The notes: generated by a model from the sequence alone, not told the origin. 63,997 bases of DNA, filler included, from Octopus bimaculoides (GCF_001194135.2; 9 parts of 9 records of this genome joined end to end with filler, not necessarily neighbours in it); one strand, 5' to 3'. Positions 13,481 to 28,708 are shown, counted from the whole stretch's first letter. Numbers and translations are program-made.

Positions 13481-14663
13481 CTATGCATATTAATGGCTCA
13501 AGTTAGCAATAACAGCGATATCTCATTCAAATCACTTCCTGGTATATATTAAAACAAATGGACACAGATAATATAGTAATACTATGACTGGGGGTGGATG
13601 GGTGGAGAAAACAACAGGATGGTCAAGACTGAAATGCCTAATCACATGTCTGCTCGATCAAAGCTGACCTGGGGTTAAACAGTAATTATCATTTTAATAT
13701 ATTTCAGTTAATAATATTTGCATTAAACAGGAATATATATACAAAAGAAATATATCAGAGAGGGGAAATAGTTGTTTTAAATCATAGCAATTAGCAGGAT
13801 GCAATTGTGTGAATACATAATCATGTATACAAACTACTGGCTATCTTATATAGATTTTATCAGTTATTGTGAGAATAATTATCTTTACAGTGATATAGGA
13901 TAGTTCCTGCTGCTAAGCACTCAACCTACAAAGAAGGAATAAATGTGTCAGCCAGTTAAATTGATGAAACAAGAGTTACATGCCTTGCTCATATAGACTG
14001 TGATGTCACAATCACAATGGATGTCTCATGAAGGATCATGTAAGGAGGAGGAAGGGAGGATGAAAGACTTGTTAACAAAGGGTGCAGTTAGACATCGCAG
14101 AGGAAATTTTATAAAGGATCAAGAAGAGTGGTGCTCAGTCACATGAGAGATTTAGATAAACCATCATGGGGAAAGCAGAAATTAGAACATTAATAATCAC
14201 ACACACTCACACACACACNNNNNNNNNNNNNNNNNNNNNNNNNNNNNNNNNNNNNNNNNNNNTTAATTAATTAANNNNNNNNNNNNNNNNNNNNNNNNNN
14301 NNNNNNNNNNNNNNNNNNATATACATACACACACATACGCACAGAAACGCATTTATGTATTTGCTTTTCTCTATATTCTGTATTAGTGTGTGTCATTATT
14401 TGCTTACTCGATACCTGTCTCTTCGGTGTGCGTATGAGTGTGTATGTGCGTGCGTGTGTGTGTGTGTGTGTGTGTACGTATGCTTTCATGTGTATATAAA
14501 TATTAAATGCATCAAATAATACATAACACTTACACACACACACACACTCATTACTATATAAAGAAAATATGTTTGAGCTTCTGTATGTGTGTCTATATAT
14601 TTATATGCTTACATACACATTTGAACATACACACGTATATACACTTATATATACATTTATATG

Positions 14664-14697
<34 letters not shown>

Positions 14698-17489
14698 NNN
14701 NNNNNNNNNNNNNNNNNNNNNNNNNNNNNNNNNNNNNNNNNNNNNNNNNNNNNNNNNNNNNNNNNNNNNNNNNNNNNNNNNNNNNNNNNNNNNNNNNNNN
14801 NNNNNNNNNNNNNNNNNNNNNNNNNNNNNNNNNNNNNNNNNNNNNNNNNNNNNNNNNNNNNNNNNNNNNNNNNNNNNNNNNNNNNNNNNNNNNNNNNNNN
14901 NNNNNNNNNNNNNNNNNNNNNNNNNNNNNNNNNNNNNNNNNNNNNNNNNNNNNNNNNNNNNNNNNNNNNNNNNNNNNNNNNNNNNNNNNNNNNNNNNNNN
15001 NNNNNNNNNNNNNNNNNNNNNNNNNNNNNNNNNNNNNNNNNNNNNNNNNNNNNNNNNNNNNNNNNNNNNNNNNNNNNNNNNNNNNNNNNNNNNNNNNNNN
15101 NNNNNNNNNNNNNNNNNNNNNNNNNNNNNNNNNNNNNNNNNNNNNNNNNNNNNNNNNNNNNNNNNNNNNNNNNNNNNNNNNNNNNNNNNNNNNNNNNNNN
15201 NNNNNNNNNNNNNNNNNNNNNNNNNNNNNNNNNNNNNNNNNNNNNNNNNNNNNNNNNNNNNNNNNNNNNNNNNNNNNNNNNNNNNNNNNNNNNNNNNNNN
15301 NNNNNNNNNNNNNNNNNNNNNNNNNNNNNNNNNNNNNNNNNNNNNAACTAGTGGTTTTCAAGATCTTGTATACAAAAATGAAATCATATTTTCCTAATGT
15401 GTATATAAAACGACTACATTTTATTCCCAAATTCAAGGAAGCTACTGCTGTTGATTTGTATTAGTTTCGGCACAAGGCCAGCAATTTTAGGAAGGGGTCG
15501 AGGGGTATAATTCCACTATATCGACCGCAGTGTTCAGCTGGTACTTATTTTGTTCGACTCCGAAAGGATGAAAGGAAAGCTCGACTACAGCGGAATACGA
15601 ACTAAGAACCTAAAACGGGAAGAAATGCTTCCAAGCATTTTATTTTACCGAGTGCGCTAACGATTCTGCCAGCTCGCGGCCTTTAATTGATTTATATATC
15701 TTTGCTATATATGAAGACAGTGAGATTACCGTTGCGCAACTTTGCTTCACTTTCAATAAATTCCCAGCGCAAATTGTCATTCATGCTTATGCATGGTTAG
15801 ATGGACATCGTTTCTTCGGTGGACGAACTTTTTGAATACTAATTTAATAATTTTATTTTACATTTCAGATTTCTAATAATCTAAAAAATAGCACGGGTTT
15901 AAAAATTTAAGAACATTCTTGCAGAAGACATGAATGAGTTCTTTACGTACTAATGGATTCACGCTGAGAGAAATGTATCCGCAGAGCAACGTGTATCTTA
16001 TGCTAATATCAAGAAAATACTGTTTATCTTCCATGAGACCGGGAGATAAAATTATTTAGATATCACTAACGTTACGTCACACTAGTTCATATATTGATAT
16101 ATGATTTTTTTCACGTTGGATATCATGCACATTTACACTTAAAACTGCCACACTAACACATAGACGAATAACTTGAAGCCCGATGGCAGTAAAATTGCGT
16201 TCGTAATGAGAATTCATTCGATTTGCAAGATGTTTAGCTGAAGAGAAAAAAAAAATGCAGGATGTCACAAATAGAACGAAACATTGTCTTCAATTTTCCG
16301 CTGCAATTGAAAACTGGACAAAGGTGTGTTAATTGATAATTATATTTAGTTTTTAATCAAAGAATAAACGCATTCATTTAATGCTTCTTTCCTTAGTCGG
16401 TTATCATGTTCTAGGTTGAATCGCACGTACAGCTGGAAACAATCAAACAATGCATACCCCTTGTTATGCTTTGAATGCACTCACAAAGTGAGTTGCTATA
16501 AATCAGGTAATTCTTCAAGGTCTAACCAGATGTTTGTCTTTTAAAATCTGAATCGATGCTTCTATGAATAATTCTCTCGTTTGATCGTGAATATTTACAC
16601 AATATTTCATTGACAGGGGGAGCTCGATCACTTGAAAAAAAATAGGCACGTGATAAACTAGCATCGCGTATATAATTTTATTTCATTGACCAATTTGCCA
16701 AGGTCATGTGATTTCATGAATTCCACAGGAAACGCAGGAGATCATATCGTATCGCAAATTGCAACTGTAGGTTTCAAGAATGTAAGTTCAAAACGTAAAT
16801 ATGCTAAAGTTTGGGATACCGAAGACAATAACTGGTATTTGCCAATCTTTGGTAGCATGCGTAACGCTTAATGATACTAGGATCGGAAATAAAGAGGCAA
16901 CATACTGAAAAACAGATCGTATAATCTATGTTATTATGTGTAAGTTGTTCCAAGAATATGTAAATATTTTGTGACTAGGTAATTTCCGTATTTTTCATCT
17001 TCACACAAATATTTGCATTAAGTCTTGCTTGTTCTCTCTCCGTTTCTTTTTCCTCTCAACCCTTTCTGTCGTACCTCGCCTCATACCATTTTGAAGAAGC
17101 GCAAGCACCCAACATTTTTTTTCTCCTGAGTTGATGAGTTACGATTTACCCAAGGCGCAGTAAGGTCTACTGACGAGAACTGAGTTGCACCGCATCAGAG
17201 TTCGAGATCACGTGTACTGGATATATTTGTTTCCTCACATGCGAGCTCGTCTTATTTCTGTTTCGTCAAATTAGTAACGTAAATGTTTTGGGGGCTAATT
17301 CATTTGTTCGTTTGACATTTATTTCTAGCACTCTGGTATTATTTTGTAACCTTGATTATAAATTTGCCTGTATGTTATAATTGTTAATGGGCCACATACA
17401 TTATTTAAATACATATATAACGTCTATGTGCGTGCGTGTATGTTTCTACGTATGTATTTGTGTCGCTATGTGTGTGTGTGTGTGTCATG

Positions 17490-17551
<62 letters not shown>

Positions 17552-17699
17552 TGTGTGTAATATCTGTATGTATTTACATACCATGGACAGAACACAGAGT
17601 TACACATACGTTCTTAATTCAGTTCGCTAAGTGTTTTGTTTCGGAACGACCAAAATAATTAGGCACTCAAAATAATTATTTAAACTGATTAAAGTGTCT

Positions 17700-17914
17700 T
17701 CTACTAAAGCCTCGGACCGACCGAAGTCTTGTGAGTGGATTCGTTAGACGGAAACTGAAAGAGGCCCGTGGTATATATNNNNNNNNNNNNNNNNNNNNNN
17801 NNNNNNNNNNNNNNNNNNNNNNNNNNNNNNNNNNNNNNNNNNNNNNNNNNNNNNNNNNNNNNNNNNNNNNNNNNNNNNNNNNNNNNNNNNNNNNNNNNNN
17901 NNNNNNNNNNNNNN

Positions 17915-17956
<42 letters not shown>

Positions 17957-18055
17957 GTGTGTGTGTGTGTGTGTATTTGTCTCCTCAACATCGCTTGACA
18001 ACCGATGCTGGTGTGTTTACGTCCCCGTAAATTAGCGTTTCGGCAAAAGGGTTCG
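17700..18055 (+). mobile_element. SINE family A copy, internal microsatellite in the gap
   Basis: Contains agcctcggaccgaccgaagtcttgtgagtgg and cgtccccgtaaattagcgtttcggc. Confidence 0.75.
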
Positions 18056-18974
18056 ATATGTACATATAAATAAATATGTGTATACATATATGTATGCATA
18101 TATATGTGTGTGTGTGTGTGTGTCTGTGTATTTATGTATGTATATGCGTGTGTATTCAAACACAGAATGATGTTTACGGCGGACAATTCTGTTTAGGAGA
18201 AAAAAATATACACAATTTAGTTTGGAATACGCGAAAACACGGAGACGAAGAAAATGTAAAAGAATTTGGTAAATATATGGCGAAAACACAATGCCTGTAG
18301 TAAATAAGTAGAAAATCTGAAACACGCAACGATTGAAATGTATATACATGTATATTCATACACACACAGACACACCTATATATATATGCATATATATGTG
18401 TGTGTGTGTGTGTGAGACTTATGCATACATATGTACAGGCATCGTTTTGACATTCTAGCCTCATTTCTTTGTACATAAGTTCGAGGAAAATACATAATTG
18501 CGAAAAAAATTTAAAACGCAATATCAAACAAATCAGACATCAACGACAAAAACTGAACAAGAACAACAGCAACAATAATAATGATGATGATGATGATTGT
18601 TGTTTTCGTGAATATTAGGATTGATATAGTTGATTTTTTTTTTTCGTATTGTCTTCAGGCTTATTAACCTTATTAATTTGCAATGTTGATTTTTTAAAAA
18701 AATTCTAAATATATTGTTTAACAAAAATAGCTATGAAACTAGTGCAAATGTGTGTATGGTGGGGGGGATACAAAGTCTAATGAGAAAACAGGTTAATAAA
18801 TAGTTTTGGGTGTTTATCAATTATATATATTTAAAAAAATGTTGGTGGCAAAAACAATGCTTCAAGAATCCAAACACAATATACTTAAATACATTACTCA
18901 TTGCATCTTAGTCTCTATCGTTGTCTCTCCATCTCTCGCTCTTTCTCCCTCTGTATCTATCTATCTATCTATCC

Positions 18975-19010
<36 letters not shown>

Positions 19011-20867
19011 NNNNNNNNNNNNNNNNNNNNNNNNNNNNNNNNNNNNNNNNNNNNNNNNNNNNNNNNNNNNNNNNNNNNNNNNNNNNNNNNNNNNNNNNNN
19101 NNNNNNNNNNNNNNNNNNNNNNNNNNNNNNNNNNNNNNNNNNNNNNNNNNNNNNNNNNNNNNNNNNNNNNNNNNNNNNNNNNNNNNNNNNNNNNNNNNNN
19201 NNNNNNNNNNNNNNNNNNNNNNNNNNNNNNNNNNNNNNNNNNNNNNNNNNNNNNNNNNNNNNNNNNNNNNNNNNNNNNNNNNNNNNNNNNNNNNNNNNNN
19301 NNNNNNNNNNNNNNNNNNNNNNNNNNNNNNNNNNNNNNNNNNNNNNNNNNNNNNNNNNNNNNNNNNNNNNNNNNNNNNNNNNNNNNNNNNNNNNNNNNNN
19401 NNNNNNNNNNNNNNNNNNNNNNNNNNNNNNNNNNNNNNNNNNNNNNNNNNNNNNNNNNNNNNNNNNNNNNNNNNNNNNNNNNNNNNNNNNNNNNNNNNNN
19501 NNNNNNNNNNNNNNNNNNNNNNNNNNNNNNNNNNNNNNNNNNNNATATATATATATATATATATATATATACGTGTGTGTGTGTGCATGTGTGTGTATAC
19601 GCACACACACGGCACGTACATACACACCCATACATTTTAAGAAATCTGACAGAATTTTATATTCATTACTTAGTTATGATACCGGACAAATAGATTTATG
19701 AATCGTGCTCAATAGATAAGGGACATGAGACATTCTCAACATCAGAAAAGGCACGATGCAGCACGTTAAATGAAATCTCAATCGAGAAGGGACTTGACAC
19801 TTTCCGAAGATCACCAAAGGTATGTTGCAGGGACATTGGTCGTTTTGGCGGAGGCGATAATTAAGTATACAAACACTTAAAAGCTAAAACGGTGAGAAGA
19901 AATATCTACAGTGATGGTTATGTAAACATGAATTAAATTACGTTCATACTTTACGATAAATAAATTTTCGTTACTTAAACGTACTTCTACAGAAATTGTT
20001 TCTTTGCTCTGGTAGATGGGAAAGCGCTGAAGGTTTGTTCAATATTACCTATACATCATTGTATGAGTTCACCCAAACGAATCTGTCTAAGACTGTGGGA
20101 AATGGATCTGATCCTGATGTAGTGTAGTTCTCTGTCTATGTGTCATATTCTCTGTTCTATATAGGACAGTGAAATACGCCTAAATAAGAACGCATAACCA
20201 ACTTTGATCTCGCTGTATATTTTAGTTAATGATCGCATACCCTTCACTATACATATTTCATCTCACTACTTTACATTTTGAGTTTTTGTATATTCATTCA
20301 TCCCCTCCCTCAAAAATGAGCAATTACCTCCCCTCTCCCGAATTGTAACGCTCACCAATTACCTCCCATTAGATTTTTCTACTTGTTAGTTCATTCGCAA
20401 TCTCACAAACTTCCACACAAGAAGGAGTAATTCTCCGTAAGAAAATACAAAATTGCATCTATTTCAATCTCATGAATAGCGAAAGCGAAATCGGTAGACA
20501 AACACAATACTCTTTCACTCACAAAATATATTTAAGAATGAATTATAATTATGTAAACTGTGTGTTTTTTCCTTCTTTTATTTCAAAAATATATTTTTGC
20601 TTTACAACCCACCACGTGGGAGTTATGAAAATACTCCTCCTCCCTTTTTCTTACTATGTATATATAGATGCTTTAAAACTTAATTCAACATTTTAAACTG
20701 ACATATTTATTATCATTAAATTATATATTTATATTTATACATATTTACATATATTTTTACATATACTTTTAATACAACAATTATTCTACACATGTATATA
20801 TCTTTCTGATGAATTTCTAATATTGATTTCCTGATATTAATATTGAATATACATATACATATATATG

Positions 20868-20916
<49 letters not shown>

Positions 20917-21488
20917 TTATGCTTAAGTATACATATATGGGTGTGTATACATATACACAAAAGCATACGTATATGTATATGCATATGTACAACAAATAAA
21001 ACTGTAGATTTGAAAGTACCATTCCTGCATGCGTTCGTATGTATAAATCCAAAGAGATGCGTCCATATCTATTTACATATAGTGAGAGAATCTATATGAT
21101 AATTAGAACGTGAGACACCATTATATTTGTTTCACAAGTTTCTTTTAGATGAATGTTATTGATGTAGTATTCATCTCACAGTCTATTCTTTATTCTATAT
21201 TTCTGTATCTCCCATCACAGATTTATAAATAGAAACCCATTAACTAAAACATTAATGAGAATATAGCTAGAATGCTTACTTTTATATTTAAGTACTCTTA
21301 GAGTACAATATAGTATTCCTTTATCAATCCATTTTGCCTGCGAGATTCTAAAGATATGCCAGACAACGTGATTAGACATAATAAAAAAAAATCAGCAATA
21401 TGCGCATATACAGCAAAACGTCCATTGCTTTAACCTATTTAGATATTTTGTGTGGATGTATACATAAGTGCATGTGTATGTATATGTC

Positions 21489-21574
<86 letters not shown>

Positions 21575-21575
<1 letters not shown>

Positions 21576-21790
21576 TCTTTTAATTGTTTCAGTCATTTGA
21601 CTGTGGCCATGCTGGAGCACCGCTTGTAGTCGGGCAAATCGAACCCAGGACATATTCTTTGGATGCCTAATACTTGTTCTATCGGTCTCTTTTGCCGAAC
21701 GACTAAGTTATGGGTGCGTAAACACACCACTATCGGTTGTCAAGCGATGTTAGGGGAGACGAACATAGACACACACACACACACACACAC
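21575..21790 (-). mobile_element. SINE family A 3' half
   Basis: Contains gtttcagtcatttgactgtggccatgctggagcacc. Confidence 0.75.
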
Positions 21791-21964
21791 ACATGCATAT
21801 ATATATATATATATTATTGCTAAGTCTCTCTAAAGGAGACTACGGCAGCAGTACTGGCTATTAATATTTATCGCCTAGCCTACATGGCATTCCAGAGAAA
21901 CAGAACGTATGCTGCTGTTGATTAGATGCGAGAGACCATCGCCTCTAGCTAGCTATGTCACACA

Positions 21965-22864
21965 CGAACCTGTGTCAATTACAACCTTCAAAGTATTCTC
22001 TATTTGAAGAAGGCCTTGGCCCAGCGTTTTCGACAGTTCGAAGAACACCTGTAACTCTCGTAAATTGATGGATTTAAACACCTTCGACGTTCTTTTTTTT
22101 TTTTTCACCTCTCCAACATCTGCAAAAGATTTTCCTTTAAGGGCTTTCTTTTTATTTGTGGGGAACAAAAGACAGTTACAGGGAGAAAGACTGAATTATT
22201 AGCGAGGATGTTTAACGATGTCGTTAAACGTTCTCGTGTCGTAGCCCTAGTTTCAGCTTTCGTCACCGGTGGTGATCTTCGAAAAAGAGGTCTTGATTAA
22301 TTTCCGCCTGCTCTTTCAGTTCACGACACACAGTCCTTCTGTGAACAGGTACGGTACAAATTTTGCTGCAACTCATTTCATTTGCAATTCCTCGCTTAAT
22401 ATCCGTTAACAGGAGCTCCGTGATAAAACAATCGTATGAAAAGGTTCGTCAATTTTTCGGTGACAGTTCTCCAAGGTCAGTCGTTTCGTGTCTTCTTTCG
22501 TTCGGGATATTGGCGGTTGCTCTAAACGCGAAAACCACATTTAAAATTGTATTTTGCTCACGAGAGCGTCCTTATAAGCTGTTTGAAGCATGACAACTGT
22601 TTCTACCACCGTTTACCACAGCAGAAACCAGAATTTCACGGAAGCGCGATGTCCCTTCATTTCATTCATCGCAAAAGTCGACGAAAAGGGGAGAAACACT
22701 GCAAAACATAGACACCACGTGACATTATGACCCCATCAAACAACGCCAGTCGGCAGACACAGGGCTGAAGATTGCATCAAGTGACTCCTAGCGGCAGAAG
22801 CTTGAACTACTTCAAGCTTTTCTCACACAGAACGTTTCCGGTTTCTTTTGGGTACCTCCTCGTA
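21965..22864 (-). mobile_element. Internally deleted irritans-like mariner relic
   Basis: 5' end TA-cgaggaggtacccaaaag at 22864. Shares sequence with the 39.5-kb copy (gttgtcatgcttcaaacagctta, gagttgcag..aaatttgt) and has a decayed C-terminal YFEG-like segment near 21985. Confidence 0.75.
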
Positions 22865-23454
22865 TACACATATATATATACAGACATATAAATATACACC
22901 TATTACATATACACGTCTTTAAGTGATTGTTTTTCTGTGAATATGTTTACGTAATTAGTGAGAGAAAATGAACAATCATATTCGTGTGCCTCCAGGTTGA
23001 ACATTATATTCAGCTTTCATTTCGTTTTCAAGATGTTTTCTTATGATTAATTATCTACTTGAAAATGGTTTGTAGAGGGCTGATGTGGTAAACATAGCAG
23101 AAATATGGTAAACGTCTGGTTGTTTTTCAATCCATATGCTGGAATCCAGAACATAATTAAAATCTTACATCTCTTTCGTCTTATTCCTTTCTTAACCAAT
23201 ATGTCTCCCATACTTTGTCTGCTTTCGTTTTACTACGCCACTCTATATATCCGTCTCTGTTTCTTACGTAGACGACTACCTCCTTAAAGCATACGTAGTA
23301 TGTATATGTGTGTATGTATGTAAGTATATATATACATATATATATATATATATANNNNNNNNNNNNNNNNNNNNNNNNNNNNNNNNNNNNNNNNNNNNTT
23401 AATTAATTAANNNNNNNNNNNNNNNNNNNNNNNNNNNNNNNNNNNNNNNNNNNN

Positions 23455-23512
<58 letters not shown>

Positions 23513-24569
23513 CCATACACATACGCACAAATATGCCCACGCACATATACACACATTTATGCATTTCATTATCATGTACATTGAAGCGTGTGTGTGTTTA
23601 TCCTTGTGTACACATTTACATCGACGAGAAAATCAATAAACCGTTGCCTTCGCACGAAAAACCTTTTGCGTGATATTTGTTCCGCCCGAACTGCGCAGAA
23701 ACTCCCTTGTCACTCTAGTATTGGTAAATGCAGTGAACCAGTGTTTGGCCCTTGTAAGCCTGCAACCCCAAATGCTATTGTTCATAAATATACAAAATAT
23801 ATAAATGGATATCAAAATAATATAACTGCTTACACGTACATATACTATTTATTTATATAAGTTGGTGAAGTGTCTATTTGTGGAATGTCGTTGTTATAGT
23901 CACATGGCAATTTGCTATACATATCTGTGAACATAAACCATAAGAATGTAATGCATAACTATATAGATAGATAGTTATGTATTTCTATGTATATCTTGCT
24001 GATATAGACAACTGTTGGTTTTAGTGTTTTACAATAATTTTGTTACTACAGCTGCTATAGTTGAACGTGTTGTTGAAGGATTTACTTTCTATTTATGCTG
24101 CAGATTTCAGGATGTCTGTAGATTAAGATGGACACTAAACTGCAATGTTTTACATGTGCCCTAATCTGTGCCCAGAGCTTCTTTGCACTCAACGTCGCTA
24201 TATAATGAAGCATTGAATATATTCACCATAATTTCTTTCTACTACTATTGGCGCGTAGTATCCAAATATGACACTTATTTTTGAAATATGTTATAATGAC
24301 TAGTAAGATTTATATTTGTCAACCAAGGAATTCTGTCCATAAAGCAAATAACTTGAACACGAACCATTAATCTGTCGACATTTTCTCCAAACACTCTTTT
24401 AAATCATTCACCTTTAGCCAACATCTCAAGAGAATTTTGATCAACTTCGATATGCACATAAAACTGAGCTAAATAATGAAATTATAATACTGATAAATAA
24501 TATACAATCTATGTGAAGAGGTAAAAGAAGGCATATTAACTAACAAATGCATATTATTTTATTCTTTCT

Positions 24570-24965
24570 TTTTTCTTTTATTTGTTTCAGTCATTTGACT
24601 GCGGCCATGCTGGAGCACCGCCTTAAAAAGGGAGTTTTAATCGAAGAAATCGACACCAGGTCTTATTCTTTGTAAGCCTAGTACATTATTCTATCGGGAT
24701 CTTTTACCAAACCGCCAAGTAACGGGGACGTAAACACACCAACATCGGTTGTCAAGAAATGGTGGGGGTGACAAACACAGACACAAATACACACATATAT
24801 ATACATATATACACGACAAGCTTCTTTCAATTTCCGTCTACTAAATTCACTCACAAGGCTTTGGTCGGTCTGAGGTTATGATAGAAGATACTTGCCCAAG
24901 GTTCCACACAGTGGGACTGAACCCGGAACAGTGTGGTTGGGAAGCAACCTTTCTTACCACACAGA
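24570..24965 (-). mobile_element. Full-length SINE family A copy
   Basis: Reverse complement of the family A consensus from tail to head. Confidence 0.85.
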
Positions 24966-25646
24966 CAAATATATAAAAATCTCCACGTATTGATGTGTAC
25001 ATATATAACATTTACATATTTATGTGTATATATATATATATATATATAATAATATAATAATATACATACATGCATGGGCACACGCATATAGTAGATCTTG
25101 TGCGTGCATTTCGATGTACGACTGCCACAGGCGAGTTTAGAGCTCCACGTGGATTATCATTATTCTGCTTCAGTATAGTGATGTGGTTACTACTGTACTT
25201 TGTGGTATTACTGGTATACTGTACTTTGTAATATGACTGGTTATATTATACAGAGCAAACGCGGAAGGAATTATGAGCACGAGTTTATATCCATTGTTCC
25301 CTACGCACGTTTCATCATTGCGTTTATTGGCAACCTCTGCAATCGATGTTCGAAGTGCAATTAGATGCTAAACCACAACTGATCGCCAGGGGAATACTTT
25401 ATTGCATTATATTGCACAGATCAAATGCGTATATATATNNNNNNNNNNNNNNNNNNNNNNNNNNNNNNNNNNNNNNNNNNNNNNNNNNNNNNNNNNNNNN
25501 NNNNNNNNNNNNNNNNNNNNNNNNNNNNNNNNNNNNNNNNNNNNNNNNNNNNNNNNNNNNNNNNNNNNNNNNNNNNNNNNNNNNNNNNNNNNNNNNNNNN
25601 NNNNNNNNNNNNNNNNNNNNNNNNNNNNNNNNNNNNNNNNNNNNNN

Positions 25647-25688
<42 letters not shown>

Positions 25689-27600
25689 GCATACATACAT
25701 ACACACATACATACATACATACATGCATACATACATACATACTTACATACGTACGCACACACATAGATGCATAGATACATACTTGTAGTCGACTGATATT
25801 TTGAAATCCTTTGTGTCTCTAGTTGATCAAACCTGTTCAGACAGTGGGCAAATATGAGATGTGACGCTCATCGGCTTTCTGAAGTTCTTCAGCACGAATT
25901 GCAACGGGCTAATAAACTCAGTTCATTGGGAATCTAGCACCTCTCATTTGGCACTCTCTTTCTCTATCTTGTTTACCATGGCAGGATACATCAACCAATG
26001 GTCATCCCTATTTACGTCGAGTTGTAGAAGAATGTGATTGATGACGGTTATGTATTTCTGTGAATCAAATTTGACCCTACGTACATGTCTACCCAATGTT
26101 ATGTACATGAAAACACCTCTAGTAACAAGGAAGGATTCACAGTGGTGTGCATGAAAAGGAGGATCGATAAAACCTCTTAGATACACTCTATAGGAGGTAT
26201 GGCACTAACTAAAACTAAAATAATATATAGATTTAAACACTGACTAGAATATTAATCACAAGGAGTATTAGAAGTACGTCTCATAATTTTAAGTATTACT
26301 ATCTATGAGGCAAGGTCACTGTATCAGAAGTGCATAGTAAATTAAATCAACATTTAAATTTATTTCCTTGAGGCCTAGACTGAAAAGGGACCAACGGAAT
26401 CGTCGACCAAAGAGGAATCCAGTACCTCGAGAGTGACGTTACTCACTGTAACTTCTACTTAGTATTTTCTACTATTATAGCGCCTTAAATTACATAATAT
26501 AATAGTGGTTTCAAATTTAGGCACAAGGTCAATAATTTCGGGGAAGGGGAAAGTCGATTACAACAATCCCAGTGCTCAACTGGTACTTTTTTTTATCAAC
26601 CCTGAGAGAAGGGAAGACAAAATCAACTTTGGCGGAATGTGAAGACGGACGAAATGTCGCTAAGCATTTTTTCCGGCGTGATAACAATTCTGACAGCTTG
26701 CCGACGTAGTTATATATATAATTTTGATTTCTAAATGTGGATGTAAGGATACACATTTGTTGAGAATAGTATACCCAGTTAAATGTCCCCAAATTCATTA
26801 CTAGTACTTATTTATCACCCATCAACGAACAGAATGGAATGCGAAATCATTCACATCAGCATTTTAAATTACAACGTAAATAAATAATGCAATTAATTTA
26901 ACCCGGCATTTTATCATGTTGTCTCTCCAAGTTATAAATTCCTTAAATGAGAATGAATTGTTAATATCTAACTTTCATGATCTATGACTCGTTTATGAAA
27001 GTTTTAAAACTTTGTAGATAAAAGGAATTAAAGTGAGTTTAATTTGCCGTGCGGAACAAAAGTTAACGGCAAATTAAGTAACTTAAATTTTTTTTCTACG
27101 AACTTTTATGGATTAACTTTTGCAGACCATCATCTTATTTTCTCTGATTATAAATCCAAGTTTTCTGCTTTGAATTAGGTCCCAACCCCCAACACAAAGA
27201 GGTACAATATAGGTTTCTAATATTTGAAATAAAAACTAAATCCTATTTCTCAAATACTATTTTCATATGAAACCACAGTAAACATATCATAGACATCATC
27301 TTTGTCTGGCACAGTTTTCTTCTCCTAGAAAAATGCCTTCTGGAATGATCTAAGTCAAAGTGAAGTATATTCAGGCTATCAGCTAATTAAGTGTGAAAGT
27401 TTTGCGATCCTGTTGCCAAACATTTCTTGGTACATCGCCATGAGAGAACGCTCTGATGTCACCTGTCTTTCAGTTGATAACCTTGATGGAATAAGTCTAC
27501 CATAAATGTTGCGATCATCGATTTATAGTTGGCATTAGTTCGATAAAATAATTTGATGCTGTACTTGCCTTGTCTTCAAGAAAGATGTCTGCAAGGTCCA

Positions 27601-27674
27601 ATGTCTGAGTAAGATGTCTGAGTAAGATGTCTGAGTAAGATGTCTGAGTAAGATGTCTGAGTAAGATGTCTGAG
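27601..27674. repeat. 13-bp minisatellite, ~5.7 copies
   Basis: Perfect tandem of atgtctgagtaag. Confidence 0.95.
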
Positions 27675-27795
27675 AACGTATGTCAATATAAAAATAAAAT
27701 ATGACTGAGAGACTATAATTCATCGCCAGATATAACAAAATTATTCCTGTGCGTAAGTATATATATNNNNNNNNNNNNNNNNNNNNNNNNNNNNN

Positions 27796-27858
<63 letters not shown>

Positions 27859-28708
27859 ATGTTTGTATGCATGTATATATTATTAAATTATATTATAATA
27901 AATGAAATTGAAGGACATATCAATCAGAAATAGGTGGTCAATCGAAATACTGTCATTCAAAGACAGGGTTTTTATGCTGAAGGGCTAAAGTACAGAGAAA
28001 CGAAAAGGTTTAATGCGGAACCTACTGACACAATTTCTTAGCAAATTCAAAGGCACAGTGTATAGATACGCTAGCAGTTTTGTAATATCAATAATAATAA
28101 TGTTGATAATGATGATGGTGGTGATAATAATAATAATAATAGTGGTATCTAATTTAGGTACAACGCCATTAATTTTGAGGGGATGTAAGTTAGTCGACAT
28201 CATCTATCTCAATACACGGCTGGTATAAGACAGCAAGCTGGCAGAACCGTTAGCACATCGGGTCAAATGCTTAGCAGCATTTCGTTCATCTTTACGTTTT
28301 GAGTTTAAAATCCGCCAGAGTCGACATTATCTTTCATCCTTTCGGGGTTGATAAAATAGGTACCAGTTGAAGACTGGGGTCTATGTAATCGACTTAGCCC
28401 CCCTCCCTAACATGATGGCCTTATGCCAAAATATGAAACCAATATTTGACTGGTACTTAATTTTATTGACTACCGAAAGAATGAAAGCCGAAGCTGGCTT
28501 TGGCAGGAATTGAATTCTGAATGTAAAGCATTTTTCCCGACGTTCTAACGATTCTGCCTATCTGCCACTTAACAACAATGGCAAAAAGAGCAAAAGTCAC
28601 ATCAACATCAACAACAATAATTATCTCGAACCTACGAACAAGATAACATAACTTTGCAATCGATTACTCCAATTGTGCTATTTGACTGTTACGTATTATT
28701 TTATCAGT

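Noticed and set aside
17100-17300. CpG-rich segment with CACGTG and a minus-strand gtaaat donor, a possible first exon for the CpG-poor block
   Set aside because: The motifs are short, and CpG density is no higher than the surrounding unmethylated-looking DNA. A spacer also separates it from that block.
14507-19701. ORFs of 200-296 aa in the track
   Set aside because: They consist almost entirely of N-gap X residues.
23588-23860. Non-repetitive ORFs on both strands
   Set aside because: No recognisable domain and only weak splice sites.
24330-24460. Minus-strand ...LKECLEK resembling MOXD1 ECLEE
   Set aside because: There is no preceding GHC or IPP motif, and an in-frame stop follows without a donor.
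25944-26186. ORF containing FHAHH, a possible CuM HxH exon
   Set aside because: It lacks the surrounding VFAxxLHxHxxG and YDFNFQE context; no other similarity.
27601-27674. Regular short repeats that might suggest CRISPR
   Set aside because: Head-to-tail 13-mers with no spacers, in eukaryotic DNA with no cas genes.
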